DNA of 64,000 nucleotides from Bacteroidota bacterium (GTDB lineage Bacteria; Bacteroidota; Bacteroidia; Bacteroidales; GCA-2748055): positions 2,773-66,772 of the forward strand of contig JAHEEC010000009.1 in the NCBI GenBank assembly GCA_024640885.1, in the 5' to 3' direction. The notes beneath the pieces were generated by a model, which had not been told where the DNA came from, ran no database searches, and saw only the letters and a program-made list of their open reading frames with translations. This document shows, piece after piece, positions 45,676 to 53,776 of the stretch. Within the stretch, counting starts at the first letter, position 1; every line of letters starts with the position of its first letter. The position numbers and the translations under genes are program-made.

Positions 45676-47493
45676 TTAAAACTCCAGGGTCTCCCTGGTC
45701 TCTCCGCACCCCAGCATGGCATCCCCGAAATATGGATTTTTAATCTCCTTGAACGTGCTCAGCCAGAAAGCCCCTGTATCGCCGTTGGCCATAGGACAAT
45801 ACTGGTAGTAAACCGTTCCACGGGATAATCCAAACACTTTGACTGTGTTGTAAAAAGTGCTGTTGAAAGCCGCGAACTCCCGCCTCTGGGATTCTATTTC
45901 CCCGGTACCGGCTATCCTATCAACGGATCCCTTTAATGATTCAACCTGCTTCATCCATTTCATGTGGGCCTCTCCTTTCAGCAGTCCCATATCCACCCTG
46001 TCCAGATTCTCTCCTAATTTTTTTGCAAGCCTGCCAACCTCGCCGGCATCCGATAAGACAAAAGCATCTTTCATCGGGATATAGGCGTCATAGACCCGTT
46101 GCAACTGGGCCTTAAACTCGTCATTCACCCTGGTTGGATCCTTCTGGGCATCGCCGGCGGGCTCCATGGCCATCGAGCCATGGTCATGCCCGGTAGAAAC
46201 GCGCCCACCCTGGGGATTCATCATGCTTGTCTTTCCTTCCAGCTGTGCGGAGGCGTCAATCTTAAAGACTCCGTTCACAGCAATCTCTTCACCCGAAGTG
46301 AGTCCCTCTGCCACCACATAGAAATCACCGGCCTCCGGTCCCAGGGTGATCTCCCGGTAAAGAAATGTAGGTGAACTCCTGCCGGGGACCTTCACATAGA
46401 CCACCGCACGTTTACCTGTCCAGAGGATGGAGGATTTGGGGATCAACAACTGGTTTGCTCCGGCAGCCATCCTTGAGTGCAGCTTTCCCCTGGCAAACAT
46501 TTCCGGCTTCAGGAGGCCGCTTCCATTGGGCAGTTCGATCCTCACCCCTGCTACCCGTGTGCCGGGATCGATATACGGATCAATATATGTGACCCTCCCT
46601 TCATAGGATTTGCCCGGCAGGGACTGGAATGTCAGCTCAATGAGATCCCCTTTGCTGATCCATGGAAGGTCGCTTTCATAGGCATCGAAAACCACCCATA
46701 CACCTGAGAGGTCTGTTACCTGGAAAAGGGATGATCCTTCCTGCACATAGTCACCCTGGGCCACATGCCTCTCCATGATGGTCCCTGTGATGGGGGAGTG
46801 AATATCGAAATAGAGCATGGGTTCACCCCCCTGCTCGATGGATTCGATCTGCTCATCGGAGAGGTCCCACAGTTTGAGTTTGGTCCTGGCCGCCTTGTAA
46901 AGCGACGGCCTTGTCTCCCTGAGCACCATTGCTTCAATAAGCTCCTGCTGGGCCGAGACCAGGTCAGGTGAATAGATGGTTGCCAGTTTTTCCCCTTTGT
47001 TTACCTGCTGCCCCGTAAAGTTCACGAACAGTTTTTCGATCCGGCCCCCGAACCTGGCAGTGATCTCTGCCATATTCCGCTCATCGGCCTGAACCTTTCC
47101 CTGCAGGGATACAACCCTTTGGGGTGCTCCCGGGCCGACGATCATGGTCTGGATCTCTGCCAGTTTCGCAGCCGACTCGCTCATCATAATTTCATTGGGG
47201 TCCGCCCCTGAACTGGAAGACTCCAGGGAGGTGACCGGTATAAGGTCCATGGCACAAATTGGACACTTGCCCGGTTTATCCTGCCTGATCTGGGGATGCA
47301 TGGAACAGGTCCATACGGAGGGTGTTTCCGATGGATGGTCATGCCCATCCACCACCTCCGCCTGGTTGATCTGGGCTTTCTCCTCCTTTGAAGGATGGAA
47401 GAACAACCATCCCAGGAACAATCCCGTGACCAGGACCACAAGCATTGACCTGTAATTCTCTTTGATGCTTTGAATTGTGTTTTTCATGATCAT
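45676..47493 (-). CDS. cusB: CusB-like RND adaptor with N-terminal heavy-metal-binding domain and C-terminal DUF3347-like domain
   Basis: 605 aa.
- The N-terminus has WTCSMHPQIRQDKPGKCPICAMDL, the Cys4 HMBD motif seen on Bacteroidetes/other CusB and P-type ATPases.
- The central part has MFP blocks (VQADERNMAEITARFGGRIEKLFVNFTGQQVNKGEKLATIYSPDLV, IHSPITGTIMERHVAQGDYV, LLIPKSSIL, VVYVK).
- The C-terminal ~140 aa (LQRVYDAYIPMKDAFVLSD...YYQYCPMANGDTGAFWLS) resembles DUF3347. Confidence 0.85.
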   Translation of the reverse strand: MIMKNTIQSIKENYRSMLVVLVTGLFLGWLFFHPSKEEKAQINQAEVVDGHDHPSETPSVWTCSMHPQIRQDKPGKCPICAMDLIPVTSLESSSSGADPNEIMMSESAAKLAEIQTMIVGPGAPQRVVSLQGKVQADERNMAEITARFGGRIEKLFVNFTGQQVNKGEKLATIYSPDLVSAQQELIEAMVLRETRPSLYKAARTKLKLWDLSDEQIESIEQGGEPMLYFDIHSPITGTIMERHVAQGDYVQEGSSLFQVTDLSGVWVVFDAYESDLPWISKGDLIELTFQSLPGKSYEGRVTYIDPYIDPGTRVAGVRIELPNGSGLLKPEMFARGKLHSRMAAGANQLLIPKSSILWTGKRAVVYVKVPGRSSPTFLYREITLGPEAGDFYVVAEGLTSGEEIAVNGVFKIDASAQLEGKTSMMNPQGGRVSTGHDHGSMAMEPAGDAQKDPTRVNDEFKAQLQRVYDAYIPMKDAFVLSDAGEVGRLAKKLGENLDRVDMGLLKGEAHMKWMKQVESLKGSVDRIAGTGEIESQRREFAAFNSTFYNTVKVFGLSRGTVYYQYCPMANGDTGAFWLSTFKEIKNPYFGDAMLGCGETRETLEF

Positions 47494-48734
47494 TTTCCCA
47501 TTAAATAGTTGATAAAAGAGATGGCGGCCTGCTTGTCGGTCCTGGCCTTTTCCAGTTCGACCCCGTATTCAAGCCACATCCTCTCCATCCTGAGGATCTC
47601 TTCAAAATTCGTACTCCCGGTGGTATACTCTGTCTCAAGCAGGGTCAGGGACCTGGATGCCAGTTCTCGTTGTGATTCGAACAGAACGATCCTTCGCCCG
47701 GCATCACGGTATTCCTTCCATGCCCTTTCCTGGATGGTCTCCAGCATGTTTATTTTCTCTGATTTCTCCGCTTCCCTTGCTTCCTGTAGATAGACCACCT
47801 CGTTGACCATGGCCCGGTACTTGTTCCTGTAAAGGGGAATGGAAATGCCAACCATGGGGAACATGATGGCATCGGTGCCTGCCATTTGATCGGGCCCCTT
47901 TCCGATGACTGTGTATTCTATCCCCAGCATAAACGCCGGTTTTCCCTCCTTTTGAACAAGCTCTTTTCTGAAAGCCAGGGCCTCCTGCTCCAGGGAAAGG
48001 GCAAGCAAACCGTGGTTCCTGGCCTGGATTGAGTCCTGCACCTGCTCCATGGACCACAGAAGATCGTCCTCCCACAATACGCCGGGAGTCACGATTGGCT
48101 GGCCACGCTCTGCGTTCAGCAGGTTATTGAACATCACTTCCAGCAAATGCTCCTGGTCCACCAGCAGTGCCAGTTGATTCTCCATCTCCCCGATCTCCAT
48201 CTGGATGCGGTATTCATCCAGCACCGAGACCTTGCCTGCTTCAATCTTGATCCGCGCCAGGTTATGGAATACACCGAGCAGCCTAAGATTATCCCTGGCC
48301 AGATCCATGGCCCTCCTGCTAAAATAGAGGTCATAATAGGTGGATCTCACCTGGTTGAACAGCTCTGATCTCTTTTCCAGGAATACTTCATACTTCGATT
48401 TGGCATTCTGACTGGCTTCATCCTCCCTGGCCTGCAAAGTGCCAAACCACGGGAACATCTGGGAAGCCTCCAGTTTAAAGCGCTGGGGGCCCATCCTGGT
48501 CTCCATGGGAGTGATGAAATAGGAAAATGCCAGCTGCGGGTCGGGAAGTGCCCTGACCTGGGGTGCCATTTCCAGCGCGGCCATGTACTCGTTGAAGGCA
48601 CTCCTCAACCCGGGATTGTGCTCTGCTGCGGTCACAAGGTATCGCTCCAGATCCTCCTGGGCCGTTAGTACAGTGGAGATCAGCAATGCACCCAATGACA
48701 TTATATAGATGATTCTCTTCATGATCTTATGCAT
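47490..48734 (-). CDS. TolC-family outer membrane efflux protein (system 3)
   Basis: 414 aa with a signal peptide and OEP-type repeats (DLERYLVTAAEHNPGLRSAFNEYMAALE...). It overlaps cusA-like by 8 nt and cusB-like by 4 nt. Confidence 0.85.
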   Translation of the reverse strand: MHKIMKRIIYIMSLGALLISTVLTAQEDLERYLVTAAEHNPGLRSAFNEYMAALEMAPQVRALPDPQLAFSYFITPMETRMGPQRFKLEASQMFPWFGTLQAREDEASQNAKSKYEVFLEKRSELFNQVRSTYYDLYFSRRAMDLARDNLRLLGVFHNLARIKIEAGKVSVLDEYRIQMEIGEMENQLALLVDQEHLLEVMFNNLLNAERGQPIVTPGVLWEDDLLWSMEQVQDSIQARNHGLLALSLEQEALAFRKELVQKEGKPAFMLGIEYTVIGKGPDQMAGTDAIMFPMVGISIPLYRNKYRAMVNEVVYLQEAREAEKSEKINMLETIQERAWKEYRDAGRRIVLFESQRELASRSLTLLETEYTTGSTNFEEILRMERMWLEYGVELEKARTDKQAAISFINYLMGK

Positions 48735-51700
48735 TGATTTGCTTCATTTCACGCCTGATCCTTCCCTCCTGCCACAAACTGTACAATACGGGTACTACGA
48801 ACATGGTGAGTATCTGTATGGTCATTCCCCCGATCAGGGGTATGGCCATGGGAACCATTACATCAGATCCCTTCCCCGTAGAGGTCAGCACCGGGAGCAG
48901 GGCGATGATGGTGGTGGCTGTGGTCATCATGGCCGGACGAACCCTCTTTGAACCGGCTTCCAGGATAAGGGCCCTGAGCTCTTTCACGGTCCCGGGCCTG
49001 TTCTTATCCATTAATTGCTTGATGTAAGTGCTGATCAGGACCCCGTCATCGGTGGCCACCCCGAACAGGGCAATAAATCCCACCCAGACAGCCACACTGA
49101 TGTGAATGGTGTGCACCTGGAACATCTCCTTCAGCCCGATCCCTGCCAGTGATCCATTCATAAACCATGGTTGACCGTAAAGCCATAGAAGGATAAATCC
49201 ACCGGAAATGGCCACGAAGATACTTGTAAAGATCAGGGCGGTGGAGACCACCGACCTGAACTGCAGGTAGAGGATCAGAAAAATCAGGAGCAGCGATATG
49301 GGCACCACCACCATGAGTCTTTTGGTGGCCCTGACCTGGTTTTCGTAGCTCCCCGTAAAGAGGTAACTAACCCCGGCTGGTAATTTAAATACTCCCGATT
49401 CAATAAGAGATTCCAGGTGAACCTGTGCATTTTCCACCACATCCACTTCGGCGTACCCCTCCTCCTTATCAAAGATGACATACCCCACAAGGAAGGTATT
49501 TTCACTTTTTATCATCTGCGGACCTCGCACATACTGGATATCCACCAGCTCTCCCAGGGGCACCTGCACTCCTGTGGGGGTGGGGACAAGGATGGTCTTA
49601 AGATCCTCCGGATTATCCCTCAGTTCACGCGCATAACGGATACGGACCGGGAATCTTTCCCTTCCTTCCACGGTGGAAGTCAGTTCCATCCCGCCCACAG
49701 TTCCGCTAAGCACCTCCTGGATATCCACCACGTTCAGACCATACCTGGCAATGGCTTCCCGGTTGATCTCCAGCTCGATATAGGGTTTCCCAACCTCCCT
49801 GTCTGCGAAAACCGACATGGGCAGGATGCCCTCAACCTCTTTCAGGTGCTTTTCCAACTCAAGCCCGACGCTTTCGATGGTCTCCAGGTCCGGCCCGAAT
49901 ACCTTGATCCCCATGGGCGCACGCATTCCTGTCTGAAGCATGACCAGCCTGGTGGCAATGGGTTGTAATTTAGGTGCCGAGGTGAGACCGGGGATGGTGG
50001 CCTGGCTGATGATCTCATCCCATATATCATTGGGGGATTTGATATGATCCCGCCATTGCCTGAAATATTCGCCATTTTTATCCTCCACAAGCATCCGCTG
50101 CTCCACCGGCCTGAATTCCTCCTCATCCGGATTATAGGTGGTTCCATCCGCAAGTTCAAATGCCCCCTTCTTATCCACCTTGAAACGCATCCGGTGTCCT
50201 TTTTCATTGAGGATGTACTCCGGTTTATAATTGATCAGGTTCTCATACATGGAGGTGGGAGCAGGATCAAGGGCCGAATTTACCCGTCCCCATTTTCCAA
50301 TGGCACTCTCTACCTCTGGAATATCAGCGACCCTTTTGTCCAGGATCCCGATCACATCCAGGTTCTCCTGGATGCCCGAATGGGGCATTGTGGTCGGCAT
50401 CAGGAGGAAAGAACCTTCATCCAGGTCCGGCATAAACTCCTTCCCCAGTCCGGGCATCCAGGTTTCCAGTTTCTGATACACAACGGTCTGTTTGACAGCC
50501 CGGGGCATGAATCCAAAGATCGTGTCGGCACCCTGCCAGGCCAATATTCCAAACAGGATAAGGAATCCAGGAGCCACAAGGAATTTCCAGGGATTCTGCA
50601 GGGCCCATCTCAATATCCTGGGATAAAAGTAGACAATGGCCGAAAGCACGCCCAGTACAGTACCCACCAGCAGGGCTACGAAAAGAAAATTCACAAAAAA
50701 TGAATTCTGGGCTCCCAACGGCATCCACACCCTGGAGAGAAAGAAGACAATGATGATCGCTGTAATGAGGATATTGATCTGGTTCACCCTGGATTTCCCA
50801 GCTATTTTCAATCGCTCCCCGAAGAGATGATTCAAACCATAAAGCGTGAGGGCCAGGGCTATATAATATCCTGTCACAGCGGTGATGACGATGCCAGCCA
50901 CAACCATGGCCATGTTCAGGATCTTCCTGTACCTCTGCCTGTCCATCCTGATTGAAAAGACCATATGGGCCAGGGTGGGGATGATGATCAGGCCAATGAC
51001 CAGGGCCGAAACCATAGTAAAGGTCTTCGTAAAAGCAAGGGGTTTAAATAATTTTCCTTCGGCAGCCTGAAGTGCAAATACGGGCAGAAAGCTCACCACT
51101 GTGGTTGCAATTGCCGTGATGACCGCCCCGGCCACTTCGATGGTGGATTCATAGACCACATTCAAAAGTTTCGCGCCCCGGGCACCCCTGTTCCCGGGAT
51201 CCTCAAGGTGCCGTATCATGTTTTCGGTAAATACGATCCCCACATCCACCATCACCCCGATGGAGATAGCAATTCCGGAGAGTGCCACAATGTTGGCATC
51301 CACTCCAAATTTCCGCATGGTGATGAAGGTGATCAGAACTCCCAGTGGCAACAGGCTGGAGATAAGGAAAGATGCCCTCAGGTTAAGTACCAGCACGATC
51401 ACAACCAGGATGCTGATGAGCAGTTCCAGGGAAATGGCCTCTTCCAGCGTTCCCAGTGTCTCCTTGATCAACCCGGTGCGGTCGTAAAAAGGAACAATGG
51501 TCACCCTGGAGACGGTCCCGTCTGCCAGGGTTTTTGAGGGAAGGCCGGGTGCGATCTCATCGATTTTTTCCTTCACGTTACCAATGGTTTCCAGTGGATT
51601 GGCCCCATAACGTGCCACCACTACACCTCCCACTGCCTCTGCACCCCCCTTATCCAATCCGCCCCTGCGGGTGGCCGGACCGTAATTTACCCTGGCCACA

Positions 51701-52533
51701 TCCTTGAGCCGGATGGGTACATTGTCCTTCACAGCCACCACACTCTTTTCCAGGTCCTGCAGATTCTGGATATAGCCGGTAGCCCTGACCAGATATTCTG
51801 CCTTGTTGAACTCGATGGTCCGGGCCCCGATATCCTGGTTGCTGTTCTTTACTGCCCCCATGATCTGTGACACATTTACCCCATAGGCACGCATGGCGGC
51901 AGGATCTATATCCACCTGGTACTCTTTCAGAAATCCACCGATGGAAGCCACCTCAGCAACACCACTGGCCGAGGTCAATGAATAGCGTACGTAGAAATCC
52001 TGGATGGTGCGCAGCTCCTGGGGATCCCAACCTCCTGTCGGACGCCCTTCCCTGTCCCTGCCTTCCAGGGTATACCAGAAGACCTGTCCCAGGGCCGTTG
52101 CATCCGGACCAAGTGCAGGGGTTACCCCTTCGGGAAGCATCCCCTCAGGCAATGAATTCATTTTTTCCAGGATCCGTGTCCTGCTCCAGTAAAATTCCAC
52201 ATCCTCGTTAAAAATGATGTAGATGCTGGAAAACCCGAACATGGAGTTGCTGCGAATGGTCTTTACACCTGGAATGCCTAACAGGGACGTGGTTAACGGA
52301 TAGGTGACCTGGTCCTCAATATCCTGGGGGGAACGTCCGGGCCAATCTGCATATACGATCTGCTGGTTCTCCCCGATGTCGGGAATGGCATCCACGGGAA
52401 CCGGATCCCTGGGGAAAATCCCGGTTTTCCAGTCAAAAGGCGCCGTTACCACCCCCCAGCCGATAAACATCAGCAATATGATCATGGTTACCAGCCTGTT
52501 TTCCAGGAAGAACCTGATTGCTTTATGTAACAT
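48727..52533 (-). CDS. cusA: CusA-type heavy-metal efflux RND transporter, long form with extra TM and periplasmic insertions
   Basis: 1268 aa with an HME-RND fold. The TM4 signature is SIGVMVDVGIVFTEN (about 51222-51283). An insertion of ~110 aa with 3-4 hydrophobic segments lies between TM6 and TM7 (aa about 535-645). An insertion of ~80 aa lies in the second periplasmic loop (aa about 765-845). Confidence 0.9.
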   Translation of the reverse strand: MLHKAIRFFLENRLVTMIILLMFIGWGVVTAPFDWKTGIFPRDPVPVDAIPDIGENQQIVYADWPGRSPQDIEDQVTYPLTTSLLGIPGVKTIRSNSMFGFSSIYIIFNEDVEFYWSRTRILEKMNSLPEGMLPEGVTPALGPDATALGQVFWYTLEGRDREGRPTGGWDPQELRTIQDFYVRYSLTSASGVAEVASIGGFLKEYQVDIDPAAMRAYGVNVSQIMGAVKNSNQDIGARTIEFNKAEYLVRATGYIQNLQDLEKSVVAVKDNVPIRLKDVARVNYGPATRRGGLDKGGAEAVGGVVVARYGANPLETIGNVKEKIDEIAPGLPSKTLADGTVSRVTIVPFYDRTGLIKETLGTLEEAISLELLISILVVIVLVLNLRASFLISSLLPLGVLITFITMRKFGVDANIVALSGIAISIGVMVDVGIVFTENMIRHLEDPGNRGARGAKLLNVVYESTIEVAGAVITAIATTVVSFLPVFALQAAEGKLFKPLAFTKTFTMVSALVIGLIIIPTLAHMVFSIRMDRQRYRKILNMAMVVAGIVITAVTGYYIALALTLYGLNHLFGERLKIAGKSRVNQINILITAIIIVFFLSRVWMPLGAQNSFFVNFLFVALLVGTVLGVLSAIVYFYPRILRWALQNPWKFLVAPGFLILFGILAWQGADTIFGFMPRAVKQTVVYQKLETWMPGLGKEFMPDLDEGSFLLMPTTMPHSGIQENLDVIGILDKRVADIPEVESAIGKWGRVNSALDPAPTSMYENLINYKPEYILNEKGHRMRFKVDKKGAFELADGTTYNPDEEEFRPVEQRMLVEDKNGEYFRQWRDHIKSPNDIWDEIISQATIPGLTSAPKLQPIATRLVMLQTGMRAPMGIKVFGPDLETIESVGLELEKHLKEVEGILPMSVFADREVGKPYIELEINREAIARYGLNVVDIQEVLSGTVGGMELTSTVEGRERFPVRIRYARELRDNPEDLKTILVPTPTGVQVPLGELVDIQYVRGPQMIKSENTFLVGYVIFDKEEGYAEVDVVENAQVHLESLIESGVFKLPAGVSYLFTGSYENQVRATKRLMVVVPISLLLIFLILYLQFRSVVSTALIFTSIFVAISGGFILLWLYGQPWFMNGSLAGIGLKEMFQVHTIHISVAVWVGFIALFGVATDDGVLISTYIKQLMDKNRPGTVKELRALILEAGSKRVRPAMMTTATTIIALLPVLTSTGKGSDVMVPMAIPLIGGMTIQILTMFVVPVLYSLWQEGRIRREMKQINA

Positions 52534-52691
52534 GTCTTGTCTAATTTAGAACTCTGAACCAATCATTCTGAGAACTGATGATCCCGTTTGCAGGGGTGCG
52601 GAATGCAGGCGATCCGGGATTTAATCGCGTACAGGAAGAATGGATGGATCAAAGCATGATCCTCCCGCGCATTCTTCCAAAACTGAACAGG

Positions 52692-53108
52692 CTAAATCAG
52701 AAATGTCTGGATTTCAGAGAGTACCACCTCCCGGCACGGGGGTGGCTCTTTGTACCAGGGGGCCGATCCTGCAAGGATTGGCTGAGCACCCTGGAATTTA
52801 TAAGGAGTAGACAGCGTGAGCAATAAATCAAAGTCAGCCACATGGTCCAATTCAAAGGAGAAGGCGGTGGCCACATAATCATCCGTGTCCCCCACCTGCA
52901 GGGACTTATCCAGGCAGTGCCCCCCGTTGCTGACCTCATTGCCCGGGTGGCACATTTCCTGCCCGCCCTTATCACAACAGCTCTTTGCCGGTGAGAAGAG
53001 GGCAAGATCGATCAGTTGGTTATGGCAATAGTGCATGTTGACCGTAAATCCTGTGACGGAAATAAGGATCATGCCTGCAACTGAAATATGTATGAGCTTC
53101 TTGATCAC
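52692..53108 (-). CDS. HYC_CC_PP-like small membrane-anchored Cys/His protein
   Basis: 138 aa with a GTG start at 53108. An N-terminal TM segment (HISVAGMILISVTGFTV) is followed by MHYCH, SCCDKGGQEMCHPG and GGHC, with a C-terminal EPPPC. It lies 158 nt upstream of cusA-like on the same strand. Confidence 0.65.
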   Translation of the reverse strand: MIKKLIHISVAGMILISVTGFTVNMHYCHNQLIDLALFSPAKSCCDKGGQEMCHPGNEVSNGGHCLDKSLQVGDTDDYVATAFSFELDHVADFDLLLTLSTPYKFQGAQPILAGSAPWYKEPPPCREVVLSEIQTFLI

Positions 53109-53122
53109 GTCTTAAACCTCGC

Positions 53123-53130
53123 CAAAATTA
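53123..53130 (-). promoter_or_regulatory. Candidate -7 promoter box (TAnnTTTG)
   Basis: The minus strand reads TAATTTTG, ending 15 nt upstream of the GTG start at 53108. Confidence 0.25.
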
Positions 53131-53181
53131 CCAATAAAACAAAGCAACAGGGAAAATAGTTGCGGTGATCATGTTAAAAAA

Positions 53182-53712
53182 TCATAAAACCCTCTGGTTT
53201 TTTCCCTCCAGGTAGGTCATGAAAGTTTCGCCATCCTGGGACATTTCAAATGTGGTCAGGATGGTTTTATCTTCAATAAAAGTGTAGGTCAAACGAAACA
53301 CAGGTACTCCGGGAGCCTGACTGCTTGTGAACCGGATGGATTGATCTGAAGAGGAGATGGTGTAATTAATGATATGCCCCTCATTGTCAAAGTATATGGC
53401 ATTTTCCGGCATTCCCGATTCACCGGGATATACGATCATCAGATCCTCATGGACCATCGCTGGTCCGCGCTCGTTTTCAGGGAATTCGGTATGGTTTCTC
53501 CTGACAAGGATCCTCTGATCCAGCGCCAGGTTGAAAGAAAAAGATCCGCTTCCTTCGCCGGGATCGCCGCTTCCTTCGCCGACCCACTCTCCCATTAACC
53601 AGTCCCACTGTGCCCAGGAGGGGTCTTGCTGTCCATGACACATTACAGAAAGTCCTGAAAGCGCAATGATCATCAATGTGGTTCCGCGGGCTGCGTTCGT
53701 TACTTTTCTCAT
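53182..53712 (-). CDS. Secreted hypothetical protein
   Basis: The ATG at 53712 gives signal MRKVTNAARGTTLMIIALSGLSVMC. The ORF-track start at 53730 is TTG. The body is beta-rich with a WLMGEWVGEG motif. I recognise no family with confidence. Confidence 0.45.
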   Translation of the reverse strand: MRKVTNAARGTTLMIIALSGLSVMCHGQQDPSWAQWDWLMGEWVGEGSGDPGEGSGSFSFNLALDQRILVRRNHTEFPENERGPAMVHEDLMIVYPGESGMPENAIYFDNEGHIINYTISSSDQSIRFTSSQAPGVPVFRLTYTFIEDKTILTTFEMSQDGETFMTYLEGKNQRVL

Positions 53713-53776
53713 TTTTGGCACCATTATCAAAGCGTTGATTCAGTTGCCAAGATAAGCAAAAGTGTGTTTTCCTCCC

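Noticed and set aside
53546-53580. A 14-nt exact repeat, CCGCTTCCTTCGCC, with 21-nt period, encoding GEGSGDP/GEGSGS in the 176-aa secreted protein.
   Set aside because: It is a very short two-copy repeat inside a Gly/Ser linker-like segment and is not informative on its own.
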